From an uncultured Verrucomicrobiae bacterium (GTDB lineage Bacteria > Verrucomicrobiota > Verrucomicrobiia > Chthoniobacterales > JAFAMB01): a stretch of 64,000 nt of DNA. Within the stretch, counting starts at the first letter, position 1. Each line of letters begins with the position of its first letter. This document shows, piece by piece, positions 27,479 to 39,222 of the stretch. The position numbers were made by a program, and so were the translations under genes. The stretch is from assembly GCA_963762565.1 (NCBI GenBank), contig CAVXLD010000001.1, positions 1,120,001 through 1,184,000 on the forward strand. The letters run 5' to 3'. The notes beneath the pieces are model-generated. The model saw nothing but the letters and a program-made list of their open reading frames with translations, was not told the origin of the DNA and made no database searches.

Positions 27479-27853
27479 TTAGGCACCTAAGATGACCGGC
27501 TTGCCATGCGGGGTGCGCCGGTACGCCGCGGCCCACGCCTCCTTTCGCACCAGCAGCGAAGCCCGGTTGGCCAAACCTTTGGCCGTGACCAGGTTTTCGA
27601 GAGCCGCAAGCCAATGATCATAGTAATGCGAACCGTCGTCGGGTTCCCCGCGACTCGCAGCGAGCTCGAGCTCGTTGGCGAGGGCCGCCGCCCATTCCTT
27701 ACATGTGAAATGCCCCTGTTCAGAGAGTTTCACGGCGAGTGCAAATGCCTGGGCCTGCCAAGGCTCGGCAAACACCGGCTCGCCGTTGTCTTGCGGCAGC
27801 CGAGGCAGAGCTTGGAGCCGCTCGGGCTCGAATATAGAATTAGGCGTACTCAA
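27479..27853 (-). CDS. Nitrile hydratase accessory protein (P14K-type)
   Basis: PVFAEPWQAQAFA, YYDHWLAALE, RTPHGKP; TTG start overlapping the nthB end. Confidence 0.88.
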   Translation of the reverse strand: MSTPNSIFEPERLQALPRLPQDNGEPVFAEPWQAQAFALAVKLSEQGHFTCKEWAAALANELELAASRGEPDDGSHYYDHWLAALENLVTAKGLANRASLLVRKEAWAAAYRRTPHGKPVILGA

Positions 27854-28499
27854 GATAGTCGTCCCACATATCGATATAAACGGCGTCGCGTTCAGAGGCT
27901 TGCTCTCCCCACAGCTCGCGTGCGGCAAATCGTACCGAGTACAGGTGTTGCGGCTTCTCGCCCAGGGAATGGGCGTTGGTGTCTGGGTAGACGTATACAC
28001 CATGGTCCCGGTGGATTGTGCCAAGTTTGCCGCGTGCGTACCGCGGCAGTCGCGTGTGCCCAGTCGGGTGGATGTTGCGGGCGCGTACGAGTTGGCCCAC
28101 GGTGAAGCGCGCGTCCACCCGTACATCTCGACTCGCAGGGTTACCCTTCGCGACCACACCTGGAACGGCATTCGCAATGAGCGCAGGAGCGGCTTTGGGC
28201 GAGTCCGGCGCCGGCTTGCCACTCTCAACTTCGGCGCGAGTGACCAGTGCACTTTCGACGATTAGCTCGATGAGCGCGTGTAGCCGTTGCTCATAGTAGC
28301 TCATGCCCAGATATTCCGGGGCGGGAATTAGTTCGACCGCGTGACGCGAGGCGTCGCCGGTCCATTTGGTCCAGGCCCTCACCGCGCGGTTAAGCGCGAA
28401 TACCCGGGCTTCCCAGGGCTCGTGGAATACCGGCTCGTTGCTCTCGTATTGGATGGGACCCATGCCGTGCATACCGCCCATGTCATGGACGCTATTCAT
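27840..28499 (-). CDS. nthB: Nitrile hydratase beta subunit
   Basis: [33 protein letters not shown]. Confidence 0.96.
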   Translation of the reverse strand: MNSVHDMGGMHGMGPIQYESNEPVFHEPWEARVFALNRAVRAWTKWTGDASRHAVELIPAPEYLGMSYYEQRLHALIELIVESALVTRAEVESGKPAPDSPKAAPALIANAVPGVVAKGNPASRDVRVDARFTVGQLVRARNIHPTGHTRLPRYARGKLGTIHRDHGVYVYPDTNAHSLGEKPQHLYSVRFAARELWGEQASERDAVYIDMWDDYLEYA

Positions 28500-29131
28500 C
28501 GGTTGGCTCCGGTGTGCGACAGCTCAACTTTGGCGACACCCACCATGGCATCACGAGTGACCAGCGACGCGAGTTCCTCCTCACTCAGTTTTTCAGTGCC
28601 AGCTGGCCGCTCAGGCAGCACCAAGTAGCGCACTTCCGCTGTGCTGTCCCAAACCCGTATTTCGACATCAACCGGCAACTCCAGACCGAATTCCCGTAAT
28701 ACGCCGCGTGGATCGATCACCGCGCGTGAGCGGTAAGGCGCGGACTTGTACCACACCGGCGGTAAACCGAGAACCGGCCAGGGATAGCAGGAGCACAACG
28801 TGCAGACCACTAGGTTGTGCACCCTGGGCCCATTAGCGACCACCATCATATGTTCGCCCTGCCCGCCGGTGTAGCCCAGTTCGCCGATCGCAGCGGTGGC
28901 GTCGGTCAGCAGGCGCTGCTTGTAAGAGGGATCGATCCAGGCCCGCGCTACTACCCGCGCGCCGTTGCGCGGACCAACCTTGTGCTCGTAGGTATCGATC
29001 AACGCATCAAGAGCCGCCGAATCGACCAGCCCCTTTTCGACTAACAACGATTCGAGCGCTTTGACGCGAAGAGTGAGATCCGAAGGAACTGCCTGGTGCC
29101 CGTGATCGTGATCGGCCGCTCTCATCGTCAT
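28496..29131 (-). CDS. nthA: Nitrile hydratase alpha subunit, cobalt type
   Basis: VCTLCSCYP; Thr in CTLCSC indicates the Co type. Confidence 0.97.
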   Translation of the reverse strand: MTMRAADHDHGHQAVPSDLTLRVKALESLLVEKGLVDSAALDALIDTYEHKVGPRNGARVVARAWIDPSYKQRLLTDATAAIGELGYTGGQGEHMMVVANGPRVHNLVVCTLCSCYPWPVLGLPPVWYKSAPYRSRAVIDPRGVLREFGLELPVDVEIRVWDSTAEVRYLVLPERPAGTEKLSEEELASLVTRDAMVGVAKVELSHTGANR

Positions 29132-29218
29132 GGGGACCTCCTTTTTGGTGTTCTGGACAGTCTAAATCCTACAGCGCTGGATGTAGTCAAACTTTTTGTA
29201 CGAGCCAAACCGCACTTC

Positions 29219-29926
29219 TCACTTCCGTCCTTCCGAAAACCTTTTCAGACCTTGGAGCCAATCGTCATGACTGACGTGAACCAGCTCCGGATAAGCTCCT
29301 CGGGCATACCGCGCCGCCACTCCGGTCGCAACCTCTTCGAAAGTCACAACGCACTTCTTAGCGCCAATCGGTTTAATGTACCAATTGTGGTACGAAGCAA
29401 CCACCGCACCGTGGTGAGTGAAGGCACGGCCGTAACTGCGCCAGCCGAGGCGATTCGGCGGATCGTATTCCATCACCACAGCGTCTACTCGTTCAGGCGG
29501 GGGGTTCTCCCCGATCGGGATATCTTGCGGCAGGTCGGAACTAACCCAGGTGAACCTGCCATTCTTTTGCAGCACCTTCGCCCAACCCAAAATTTGGACT
29601 TTGCCAGAAAACGGGCACCATTGGGACCAGCGCTCCGCTTGGATCAGGTAATCCCATACCGTCTCGCACGAAGCATTTATCTCGATCTGATTGTGCGTAA
29701 ATACTTCCGCGGCTCCATTGAACATCGTGGTGGGCCAATGCATCTCCGGCGACCGCTCGGCCCAATCCCGGCTGACAGTATCGCCCGGAGGTGCGGGTTT
29801 GACCTCTCCCGTGACTGTTACCCCCGGTAACTCAGTTGCCGCCCTGATAGTAGTCGCAGCCATTGCCGCGAATAGACTGCAAACTGCAAACACTAGCTTT
29901 GTGGCTATGACAAAATGCGTTCTCAC
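29219..29926 (-). CDS. Exported SRPBCC/START-like protein
   Basis: Signal peptide; IEINASCETVW..L, W..W, RLGW, W..GLK. Confidence 0.7.
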   Translation of the reverse strand: MRTHFVIATKLVFAVCSLFAAMAATTIRAATELPGVTVTGEVKPAPPGDTVSRDWAERSPEMHWPTTMFNGAAEVFTHNQIEINASCETVWDYLIQAERWSQWCPFSGKVQILGWAKVLQKNGRFTWVSSDLPQDIPIGENPPPERVDAVVMEYDPPNRLGWRSYGRAFTHHGAVVASYHNWYIKPIGAKKCVVTFEEVATGVAARYARGAYPELVHVSHDDWLQGLKRFSEGRK

Positions 29927-30100
29927 CGGCTTCCTCTAGCTGATGCGGTGAACTATTTGGCTTCCTCTGATTGACGTCAATTCTAATGCTCGGGCGGGCA
30001 GGTGGGAACCTCTGATAGGGACAGGTCAACTGTCCGGTACCGTGAGAAGGTCCTTTCTCGAGAGGTCACGTCTAAATAAAAGACGTGACCCATGGTCCTT

Positions 30101-30994
30101 TCATTTGCTGGTCGATGAGGAAACGTTGCCCAAACGTGACATCGTGCGGACGAAGAGGTCCGGGGACTGAAGACGGCGGCAGCAGTCCTCGAAGTCCCTG
30201 CACGGACCCGTCCAGCGGAGCGTGTCGACCGCGTCGAAGGTCGGGACATCCAACCGCAGTGTTGCCAGTGTGCGATACAACAGGACGTCGTTCCGGGCGT
30301 CGAACAGTGTCGCGGCCAGTGTGCGCGCTTTCCGGATTGACGGATGCCACGCCTGCCAGTCCTTGGGGATAGCCTCCAGGTGGGCATACCGCGACAACGT
30401 GAGCGCCGCGGCTTTCGGGCCCCATCCAGACGCGCCTGGAAAACCGTCTGCGCTGTCGCCAACCAAGGCCAGGTAATCCGGAATCGACTCCGGCACGACG
30501 CCGAATTTCTCGACGACGCCGGCCTCATCGCGAACGACGCCGCGGCGGCGATCCAATTGCACGACGCGCGTGCCCACAATGCACTGCCCGAGATCCTTGT
30601 CGGGTGTGCATATCACGACTTGGTCGACCGTGGGTTCACGCGCGGCCTTAGCGGCCGCCGAGGCGAGGGCGTCATCCGCCTCGAATTCGACCATCGGCCA
30701 GACGACCACGCCCAAGGAAACAAGCGCGGTCTCGAGGATCGGAAACTGCGCCAGCAACGTCGGCGGCACGCCTTCGCTCGTTTTGTAGCCGGCATACAGG
30801 TCGTTGCGAAACGATTCCACGACATGATCGGTCGCGACCCCGATGTGGGTCGCGCCGCGCTCGATCATCGATACAACCGTTCCGAGCACGCCGCGCACGG
30901 CGCCAACGTCCTGGCCGTTCGCATCCATTACCGCCGGCACCGCGAAGAAATGGCGAAACAGCTCGTAGGTGCCGTCAACCAGGTGGACCTTCAT
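30101..30994 (-). CDS. Stand-alone 5'-3' exonuclease (flap endonuclease)
   Basis: LVDG, FRN, EADD, DKD, ALVGDSADGFPG H3TH motif. Confidence 0.9.
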   Translation of the reverse strand: MKVHLVDGTYELFRHFFAVPAVMDANGQDVGAVRGVLGTVVSMIERGATHIGVATDHVVESFRNDLYAGYKTSEGVPPTLLAQFPILETALVSLGVVVWPMVEFEADDALASAAAKAAREPTVDQVVICTPDKDLGQCIVGTRVVQLDRRRGVVRDEAGVVEKFGVVPESIPDYLALVGDSADGFPGASGWGPKAAALTLSRYAHLEAIPKDWQAWHPSIRKARTLAATLFDARNDVLLYRTLATLRLDVPTFDAVDTLRWTGPCRDFEDCCRRLQSPDLFVRTMSRLGNVSSSTSK

Positions 30995-31059
30995 CGATCA
31001 GAAAGGTAGCATGCTCGTCACGGCTCACCAGCTCACGACCTCGTATCTCGAGGTCGCGA

Positions 31060-32525
31060 TCACTTCCGGCCAAGCTTGCGGATGAAGGTGTAGAAGGCCG
31101 GTGCGAAAAGAAGCCCGAAGCAGGTCACACCGATCATTCCAAAGAGCACGGCGGTTCCAAGGGATTGCCGCATTTCGGCGCCGGCCCCCGTCGCCACGGC
31201 GAGCGGCGCGACGCCAAGGATGAACGCGAAGGAGGTCATTAAGATAGGAGGCAGCCGCGTCCGGGCGGCATGAACGGCAGCCTCGCCGGCGCCGACACCG
31301 TCTGCTTCTTCGTTCTGGCGCGCGAACTCAACGATCAGGATTACATTCTTGGCAGCCAGGCCCACTAGGACGACAAACCCGATCTGGGCCAGGATGTCGA
31401 TTGGCATACCGCGCGAAAGCAGCCCTGTGACGGAAGCAAGCAGGCACATTGGCAGGATCAAGACGATGGATAAAGGCAACTTCCAGTTCTCATACTGGGC
31501 GACCAGGACAAGGAACACGAACAGGGCAGCGGCTCCGAACACTAGCAGAGTCGGCGTCCCGCGCTCCTCTTGCTGGTAGGCAAGGTCGGTCCATTCAAAG
31601 CTAATGCCCTTTAGGGAGGACTTGGTGTGCCAGTTCCTCCATTCGGTGCAGCGCGGTACAGAGGCGACGCCTGGTGCTGCCACGCCCTGCACCTCGGCTG
31701 CGGGGTACAGATTGTACCGGGGCACTCGGTAAGGGATCGTTGTATCTATCAGTCGCGCCACGGTGCCTATCGGTACCATCTGACCTGACGCGTTGCGCGC
31801 CCTCAGACGTGCGATGTCCTCAGGCTTCTCTCTGAACCGGCCGTCGCCCTGCGCGATCACTTGATAGGTGCGACCGAGATAATTGAAGTCGTTCACATAC
31901 TGAGAGCCCAGATAAACCTCAAGCGTCGAGAAGACGTCAGTGGGTGTCAATCCGACCTCTTCTGTTTTCACCCGGTCGATATCGGCGTAAATCGAAGGGG
32001 ATCTGGCATTGAAGAGCGTGAAGACGCCGGCGAAGTCCGGGTCCTTGTTAGCGGCACTCACAAGCGCTTTGGCTGCCTGGACCAGAGCCTCTGGTTGGAC
32101 GCGACGGTCGACGTGGTGGCGTCGAGTCCGGCGAAAGGTGCGACGTGCTCAACGCCCTTCGTCGTCAGTATAATATCAATACCTCTGCGAACGACTTTCT
32201 CGGTCCGCGCCAGGCTCGCACCCGGCGGAAGCTGAACGAGATTGATTAGATAGCCCTGGTCTTGTTCTGGAATGAATCCGGTGGGCGTTCGGGAAAACTC
32301 AATAACAGCAACGCCGATCAGGCCGACATAGACGACAAGAACGAGGGGCACGGTTCGGACGAGCCGACCCGTGACTATTCCATACCAGGAGGAAAGCTGG
32401 TCGAATCCGAAATTAAACTTCTCGAAGCCAGCGCGAAGAAGGAGCCGAGGCAGACCGTCTCGCGCAACGGCGTGGGCATCGTGTGCCTTGAACAGCACCG
32501 CGCAAAGCGCAGGGCTCAGCGTCAC
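31060..32525 (-). pseudogene. C-terminal half of an HAE1 RND efflux permease, truncated, deleted and frameshifted
   Basis: TLSPALCA, GFIPEQDQG, YVNDF, GLAAKN.ILIVEFA, ILMTSFAF; N-terminal half absent. Confidence 0.85.
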
Positions 32526-32814
32526 GAGATGTCGAGCGTCATCTAAAACGTGCGCTTGCGATCCCTTACGCTAAGCTCAGGAGACGGGAGTTTACCTACG
32601 CTAAGAAGCGCTGTCTCCTCTGGGACCATGTACTGCACTCAAGGTAACCTTTCGATCTGAGACAATAGGTCGGTAAATTGATAGTAGCCACATTGATCGT
32701 CTTCCCAGCGGACTTTTACCCCCAAACCGTCTATTGCAATCACTTCGCCCTTCGACCCATCCGGGGTCCAGACGACAATCTCTTGCAGTCGGAGGGTCTG
32801 AGCTTCTTGGGCGT

Positions 32815-33432
32815 TCATGAGGAGCGATGCTGGCCCGAAGTGGGCTCGTGATCACGATGTGACTCTTCCCCTGCATGCACCACGTCTAAATACTGATCAC
32901 TAAAGAGAACCCAGGTATCGTTCTCATCTTCCAGACTATTGCGGCGGGCGATGTTTAACGTGATCTGGAGTTCCTGTAGCGCCCGCTCGAATCGATTCCG
33001 CTCTGGACGCTGGGTCATGTTAAATTCCTCTCGCAACGAACCGGTCGTCAGAGGATCCAGCTTCAGCCTTTCATAGATTTTCTGCGCTAAGGAGCTGCAT
33101 TCCCTCAGTGGCCGATGATGTTTCGAATAGTGTTCGATACGAAGGTAATCCATACTCATCAATACGGCCCGACCAGCCGGAATCTTTCCATAGAAGATCT
33201 CTGCGGGATAGATAGCCGGTAGTTCATTTTTCCATCGCCAGATGGCAATGATTTTTTGGCCCCAGCCCTTTTCTCCTGGTTGCCTATCAGGCAAATCGAC
33301 CACCTCCCATAGGTTCGGCATACCAACCCCGGCGTCGGAGAAAATGCCGCATATCCCGACTTGTAAGATATAGGCCCTGGCCTGTTTCAAGGTACGGACG
33401 GCAGCTACCTTGCGTTTAATTGAGTGGATCAT
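32815..33432 (-). CDS. Hypothetical protein (possibly AlkZ-related winged-helix)
   Basis: W.WK..LP, YGK, RALQELQ patterns. Confidence 0.55.
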   Translation of the reverse strand: MIHSIKRKVAAVRTLKQARAYILQVGICGIFSDAGVGMPNLWEVVDLPDRQPGEKGWGQKIIAIWRWKNELPAIYPAEIFYGKIPAGRAVLMSMDYLRIEHYSKHHRPLRECSSLAQKIYERLKLDPLTTGSLREEFNMTQRPERNRFERALQELQITLNIARRNSLEDENDTWVLFSDQYLDVVHAGEESHRDHEPTSGQHRSS

Positions 33433-33601
33433 AGCTCGCCGATAAAAATCCCCACAATGGAAAACGGGTGAGGGAACGATGCTGAGATAGGCTATCGAGT
33501 TCGCAGATCATTAACTGAATTATCGCTCTTCGGACCAGGATAGCTAGTGACCGCCGTGTCCTCGCGGCCAGAGACTTCGCCGAATGCAATTCCGACCGGC
33601 T

Positions 33602-33763
33602 TCATTCGCGGCTATTTCTGTCTTCGAGCGAAATGTACGACGAGGTCGGATTTCCGTGTAAGAATAACACGGTTGGTAAATCAGGGCTCCCTGCTTCCCG
33701 GTAGGCCATGGTGGAATACAGAACCGGGACCTGAGTGAGCGTTACGTCAGCAAGTGTAGTCAT
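33602..33763 (-). pseudogene. N-terminal fragment of a haloalkane dehalogenase, not in the ORF track
   Basis: AAGGAG RBS; MTTLADVTLTQVPVLYSTMAYREAGSPDLPTVLFLHGNPTSSYI then homology is lost and a stop follows. Confidence 0.75.
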
Positions 33764-33876
33764 ATCTCCTTCTTCTGCTTGAATGCGGTTTCGAAATTTG
33801 AGGTGGTGGTCTTCATTTGAAGTGTGCGGATAATGATTGGAGTTGTTGTATAACGTTGTGGGGGTTCGCGAAAATA

Positions 33877-33916
33877 AGAGAAATCTAATCTCTAATTAAG
33901 AGAATGTATTTCTCTT
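33877..33916. promoter_or_regulatory. Candidate TetR operator pair
   Basis: Palindrome AAGAGAA-N5-TTCTCTT (33898-33916) with a degenerate copy at 33877, between divergent genes. Confidence 0.5.
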
Positions 33917-33942
33917 GTCAGCCGGATCACAAAATTAAAATT

Positions 33943-34593
33943 ATGCCCCAGTCCAAATTCCCTTCCTTCCAGCGCGCCCGGCAGCCCAAGCAAATCGAGC
34001 AAAGACGAGAAGCGATTTTGGAAGCAGCTTTGGTACTGTTTCAGAAAAAAGGCTTGAAAAATGTCACCTTGGTCGACATCGCGGAAAAGGTCGGCACCGC
34101 TACATCGAATATCTATCGGTATTTCGACAGCAGAGAGCACATCTATCTGAGCGTTTTGCAACGACAGGGTTCCGAGTGGGAGAAAAGAGCAATGCCGGCT
34201 CTTGACGCGCTGAAGAGAAAGGGAACCGCCGCGAAAGTGGCAGAGGTGCTGACGCGCTCCTTTATTCAGTCCGTGGAATATTCCACCTTGATAACGGCCG
34301 CCAATACCGTCCTGGAAAAGGAACTATCGCCCGAGCTCGTGATAGATTTCAGATCGGGTTTGCTTGAACGCAGGAAACGCTTGGCTCAGGCTTTAGCAGC
34401 AGCCTTGCCCGGCACCCGCGTCGAAGAGATATTTCCTTTGACCCTGCACATCTTTACCCATGTCGCCGGCTTGTGGCCTTTCTGCCATCCCTCTTCCGAA
34501 TCGGAGAAATTGTTAAAGGATCCCGAACACGCGCATCTCAACATCAATTTTGAAATTGAGATGAAACAGTTTCTGTTGCGCTTCCTGAAATGA
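33943..34593 (+). CDS. TetR-family regulator
   Basis: FQRAR..R.EAILEAA, HTH, IYRYFDSRE. Confidence 0.92.
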   Translation: MPQSKFPSFQRARQPKQIEQRREAILEAALVLFQKKGLKNVTLVDIAEKVGTATSNIYRYFDSREHIYLSVLQRQGSEWEKRAMPALDALKRKGTAAKVAEVLTRSFIQSVEYSTLITAANTVLEKELSPELVIDFRSGLLERRKRLAQALAAALPGTRVEEIFPLTLHIFTHVAGLWPFCHPSSESEKLLKDPEHAHLNINFEIEMKQFLLRFLK

Positions 34594-34934
34594 ACACCCC
34601 TGCCGGTATTAAAGCCAGAGACAAAGGGGGCCGAAGCGGTAACCGAGTATTCGGCGCTTCTCTTAACCGCCTCAGTGCCGCTGACCAGGCAACCCTCAGC
34701 CGGATCGTCGACCGATCGCAGCCCTTCGGGGACCGAAATCCGTAAGTACGAAATCTCGAACTAACATCCGCTCGAGTCCTTTCTCGCGTAACCCTCTCGT
34801 GGACAGGCATGAAAGAGTCCACTATGATGGGTCGGCACGAAATCTGTTTGTAGAGCACTCCTAACCCCCCGAACCCAGCGCTTGGATGGCCGATAGTGAA
34901 ATCCCGGATTGCGCCGAAACCCTAGTGCCCACTT

Positions 34935-36728
34935 ATGAATCACTCACAGGAACTTCAGTGGATTGATTATTTCGTGATGATCATTTACTTCGGCTTTGTC
35001 CTCGCCATCGGCTTCGTGCTGAAGCGTTTCATGCGGACGAGCTCCGAGTTTCTTACCGCCGGCCGTTCTATCCCTGCCTGGGTTGCGGGACTTGCTTTCT
35101 TGTCGGCGAATCTGGGTGCACAGGAAGTAATCGGGATGGCCGCTTCCGGGGCGAAGTACGGCATTGCCACCAGTCATTTTTATTGGTTGGGCGCCATTCC
35201 CGCGATGGTTTTTGTCGGCATTTTCATGATGCCCTTCTACTACGGTTCTAAAGCCCACTCGGTGCCGGATTACCTTTTGCTGCGGTTCGACAAAAAAACC
35301 CGCAGTCTTAACGCCATGACCTTCGCAGTCATGACGGTGATGTCTTCCGGGATTTCGATGTATGCCATGGCGCTACTGATTCAGACTTTGCACATCTTCG
35401 ACACGCCTTTCCAAATGTTGGGACTGCCGAACTCCTGGGTGTTTCACGTTAGCATCATCGTTTCGGCTGTGATCGTGCTTGGCTACATCTTCCTCGGCGG
35501 GTTGACCAGCGCCATCTACAACGAAGTTTTGCAGTTTTTCCTGATCGTGGCCGGGTTCGCTCCGCTAGTTTTCCTAGGACTCAAAAACGTCGGCGGGTGG
35601 TCCGGCCTAAAAGAAAAGCTTCCTTCTGCCTTTGTCCATACATGGAGTGGAATGGGAAACCCGCATAACAATCCTTTGGGGGTAGAATGGTTCAGTCTCG
35701 TTATGGGGTTAGGGTTCGTGCTTTCCTTTGGTTATTGGTGCACCGATTTTTTGGTGGTGCAGCGAGCCATGGCGGCGGACTCGATGAGCGCTGCTCGTCG
35801 CACACCGCTGATCGCAGCCGTACCGAAGATGCTGTTCCCCTTCCTAGTGATCTTCCCGGGCTTAATCGCGTTAGCGCTTACTCAGCCAGCCCATTCCAGC
35901 TCCGCGACTAAGAGTGCGGAGGTAGCTAATGTCCAACTCATTGCCCCGCAGGTGAATGTGGAGACGGGTCAGGTGGTCAAGGACAAAGAAGGCAATCCAG
36001 TGCTGGACTACAACACGGTTATTCCCCAAATGCTTCTGCACTATTTCCCCAGCGGAATGCTCGGGCTGGGACTAACCGCGCTGCTGGCCAGTTTTATGTC
36101 CGGGATGGCAGGTAATGTGACCGCTTTCAACACGGTGTGCACTTACGATATTTACCGGGCTTACGTCCGGAAAGACGCGGACGATGAACACTACTTCAGG
36201 GTAGCTCATTTCATGACGGTCTTCGGCGTGGCTTTATCAGTGGGTGCTGCCTACTTCGCTGCCGCGTTCAACAATATTATGGATATCCTGCAGTTGGTGT
36301 TCGCTTTCGTTAACGCGCCCTTGTTCGCCACCTTCCTGCTGGGGATGTTCTGGAAACGCACCACGGGCCATGGCGCGTTCTTCGGCTTGCTGAGCGGGAT
36401 CACCGCCGCCGCGCTTCACCAAGGCTTGACCATTCCAGAGGGCAGTGTCCCCGGGATCAAAGGCGGTTGGATCGCCATCGTGAACACCTATTCAAGTGAG
36501 ATGGCCCAGAATTTTTGGACGGCCATCTTTGCCTGGACGACTTGTTTTGTAGTGACCATCATTATCAGCCTGGCCACCAAGCCGCGACCGGACAACGAGC
36601 TGAAGGGGCTCGTCTATTCTCTCACTGAAAAAGAACGCGAAGTGTCGCTCGCCTGGTACCAGCGCCCGGTCCTGTTGGGGGTTGTGGTTTTGGCCCTGAC
36701 GCTTGTGCTTAACATCATCTTCTTTTAA
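34935..36728 (+). CDS. Sodium:solute symporter (SSS family)
   Basis: AGRS, SANLGA.E, YWCTDF..VQR, about 13 TM segments. Confidence 0.93.
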   Translation: MNHSQELQWIDYFVMIIYFGFVLAIGFVLKRFMRTSSEFLTAGRSIPAWVAGLAFLSANLGAQEVIGMAASGAKYGIATSHFYWLGAIPAMVFVGIFMMPFYYGSKAHSVPDYLLLRFDKKTRSLNAMTFAVMTVMSSGISMYAMALLIQTLHIFDTPFQMLGLPNSWVFHVSIIVSAVIVLGYIFLGGLTSAIYNEVLQFFLIVAGFAPLVFLGLKNVGGWSGLKEKLPSAFVHTWSGMGNPHNNPLGVEWFSLVMGLGFVLSFGYWCTDFLVVQRAMAADSMSAARRTPLIAAVPKMLFPFLVIFPGLIALALTQPAHSSSATKSAEVANVQLIAPQVNVETGQVVKDKEGNPVLDYNTVIPQMLLHYFPSGMLGLGLTALLASFMSGMAGNVTAFNTVCTYDIYRAYVRKDADDEHYFRVAHFMTVFGVALSVGAAYFAAAFNNIMDILQLVFAFVNAPLFATFLLGMFWKRTTGHGAFFGLLSGITAAALHQGLTIPEGSVPGIKGGWIAIVNTYSSEMAQNFWTAIFAWTTCFVVTIIISLATKPRPDNELKGLVYSLTEKEREVSLAWYQRPVLLGVVVLALTLVLNIIFF

Positions 36729-36758
36729 ATCCTTTAATAACCTGAAATTACGAGTCTT

Positions 36759-36998
36759 ATGGGTTTCGATATTCGGCTGCCGATCGGCTACTTGTTCACA
36801 ATTTTTGGGGCTTTGCTGGTGCTCTTTGGCCTTTTCACTGCTAATGCGGACATGTATCAACGTTCGCTCGGGATCAATATTGATCTCTGGTGGGGAGGAG
36901 TTTTGTTGATCTTTGGACTACTTATGGCTTTTGCTGCGCGAAAGGCTAAATCGCGGAATCGCACTGGTCAGCCGCAGCGCCCGCCGCCGTCAAAATAG
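36759..36998 (+). CDS. Small 2-TM protein downstream of the SSS gene
   Basis: FDIRLPIG, GINIDLW. Confidence 0.75.
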   Translation: MGFDIRLPIGYLFTIFGALLVLFGLFTANADMYQRSLGINIDLWWGGVLLIFGLLMAFAARKAKSRNRTGQPQRPPPSK

Positions 36999-37273
36999 CC
37001 GGAATCAACCTGATTGAGAATGCGCCGGACCCGAACGATCGCGATAGCAATCGCTTGGGCCCACGATTGAGCGGAGCGGATAACTAGCTCCGTAGGAGCG
37101 CAATCTTTATAGATAAACGGCAGAAAAGAAGGAGTTAGAGGAGTCCAAGGAGTTGCAGGAGGTCAAGGAGGCGGAGCCGTGGAGCGCTGCCTCGCCTCCG
37201 CCTTCGCCATGCCACGGCGCGATCCGACAGCCGCCCATGCGTGTTAACATAAGCAGTCGCGGAACCCCTGATG

Positions 37274-37394
37274 GGGAGGGCGCGCGTCCCCGCGCCCGCG
37301 AAGACGTTCCCGAAGCCAACGGTGCATTTTCGTCCTTGATCAGGGAAGGCTATGGGCTTCGGGAACGGCGGATCGCGAGGACGCGATCCCTCCC
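37274..37394. repeat. GGAG-type REP-like inverted pair
   Basis: GGGAGGGCGCGCGTCCCCGCG ... CGCGAGGACGCGATCCCTCCC. Confidence 0.6.
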
Positions 37395-37537
37395 AGCGCT
37401 GGGTCCGGCAGCTGCTGGCCTAAGCCGCTCGGGCAGCTTGTGGAGCTTGGCTCCGGTCTCCGGCCTGGTTCGTTACCGATGCTCGAGAGTGATAAAACGG
37501 AAGACGCCGGCTGCGGCGGCAGCCGCCAATAGCTCAC

Positions 37538-37890
<353 letters not shown>

Positions 37891-38136
37891 GAAAACGGAA
37901 GTGGGAAAAACGGAAGTGCGAAAACGGAAGTGGGGACAGGTCAATAGTCAGCAAAAAGTCTAGCTGTCCAGCACCACCGCGACTTGCTCAACGAACGAAA
38001 ACGGCGAAAACGGAAGTGGGGACAGGTCAATAGTCAGCAAAAAGTCTAGCTGTCCAGCACCACCGCGACTTGCTCAACGAATAACTGACCTGTCCCTAAG
38101 CCGACTGACCTCTTCGGAAATAGCTGACCTGTCCCT
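37891..38136. repeat. GGGACAGGTCAA cluster with a 78-bp duplication
   Basis: Forward 37932, 38018; reverse 38086, 38125; 37918-37995 repeated at 38004-38081; short AAAACGGAAGTG repeats. Confidence 0.9.
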
Positions 38137-38143
38137 TTCTTTT

Positions 38144-38907
38144 CTATCCTTGGGACGGGTTGAGCACCCAAGTAACTTCCTTTGCGGCACTAACAAAACC
38201 GAGATTCCGTAGAATCGGTTTACTGGTCTCGCGTGCTTCGGTGCTCAGGTGCTGAAGACCGCGGCGTCTAGCCTCTCTGGCGCGTTCTGCCACGAGCGCT
38301 CGATAAATACCCATGCGCCGATAAGACGGCGCCACCCTCCTCCGAAAAGCAGGCCAAAAGAACTCGGTAACCCAATTTCCAGGCGGGCCGAAGCGGCGAT
38401 CTCGGCAGAAACATAAGCAACGTAGAGCGCCAGGTCCGGATCGCTGAGCCGATCCGAATAGGCTGTACGCTGCCAAGTGTCCAGTCCGCCGAACGCTTGC
38501 TCCGATGCCTTCAAAAAGTCTTCAAGTTGTTCCTCTGTCGTGACCCTGCGGATATCGACATTGCCCGCGGTCGACGCCTGCACCTCATTCGCCAAATCAA
38601 AGATCATCAATGTTCCCGCAGCGTCCGGCTCGAATCCTTCCTCGGCGAGGCAACCGGAAATCTCGGCTGGAGAATCATGCTCGTAGACTCTCCACATTAA
38701 CTTCTCACCTCGTGATCTAAAGTGGGCAGCCTGGCTAGCCACGGCTTGGCGCACCGTACTTGGAGTTAGCTCCCAACAAGAAATGAAGTTGAAATAACCC
38801 GTTAAACAGACAACGCCGTCCGCTCGCTCAACCACCAGCCCCGGTGGCGCTTTGGGGTTGGCGCGCACTTCCGCGTCATATTGGGCCAGCACACGCGCGA
38901 GATCCAC
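38144..38907 (-). pseudogene. GNAT acetyltransferase, frameshifted
   Basis: Frame 1 runs to LFGGG; frame 2 continues VAPSYRRMGIYRALV..SKPILRNLGF. Confidence 0.8.
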
Positions 38908-39056
38908 AGTATCAGTTTACCCGACGTCAAGCTCTAGAGGAAGGGGCGCTTCACCGGGGTCGCGTCTATACCAAACCTGACTGGCTTCGCTTGTCAGGGC
39001 CAGCTTGCGGCGCCCCTGTTGCTCGTTCCCATAAGGGACCGTTCACTCGTAGACCA

Positions 39057-39222
39057 CGGTCGTGAATTGGGGACAGGTCAACGGTCGTGAATTGGGGACA
39101 GGTCAATAGTCTGCAAGGACAGAGATCTGAGTAGGGACAGGTCAACTGTGTTGGTTGCCGCGTAAGCCATTACGCGTGAGCACGTGCCGTCAATTGGTTC
39201 GCAAAATGGCTGACCCGTCCCC
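39057..39222. repeat. GGGACAGGTCAA cluster
   Basis: Forward 39069, 39094, 39134; variant reverse 39211; 25-bp tandem duplication 39057-39081/39082-39106. Confidence 0.9.
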
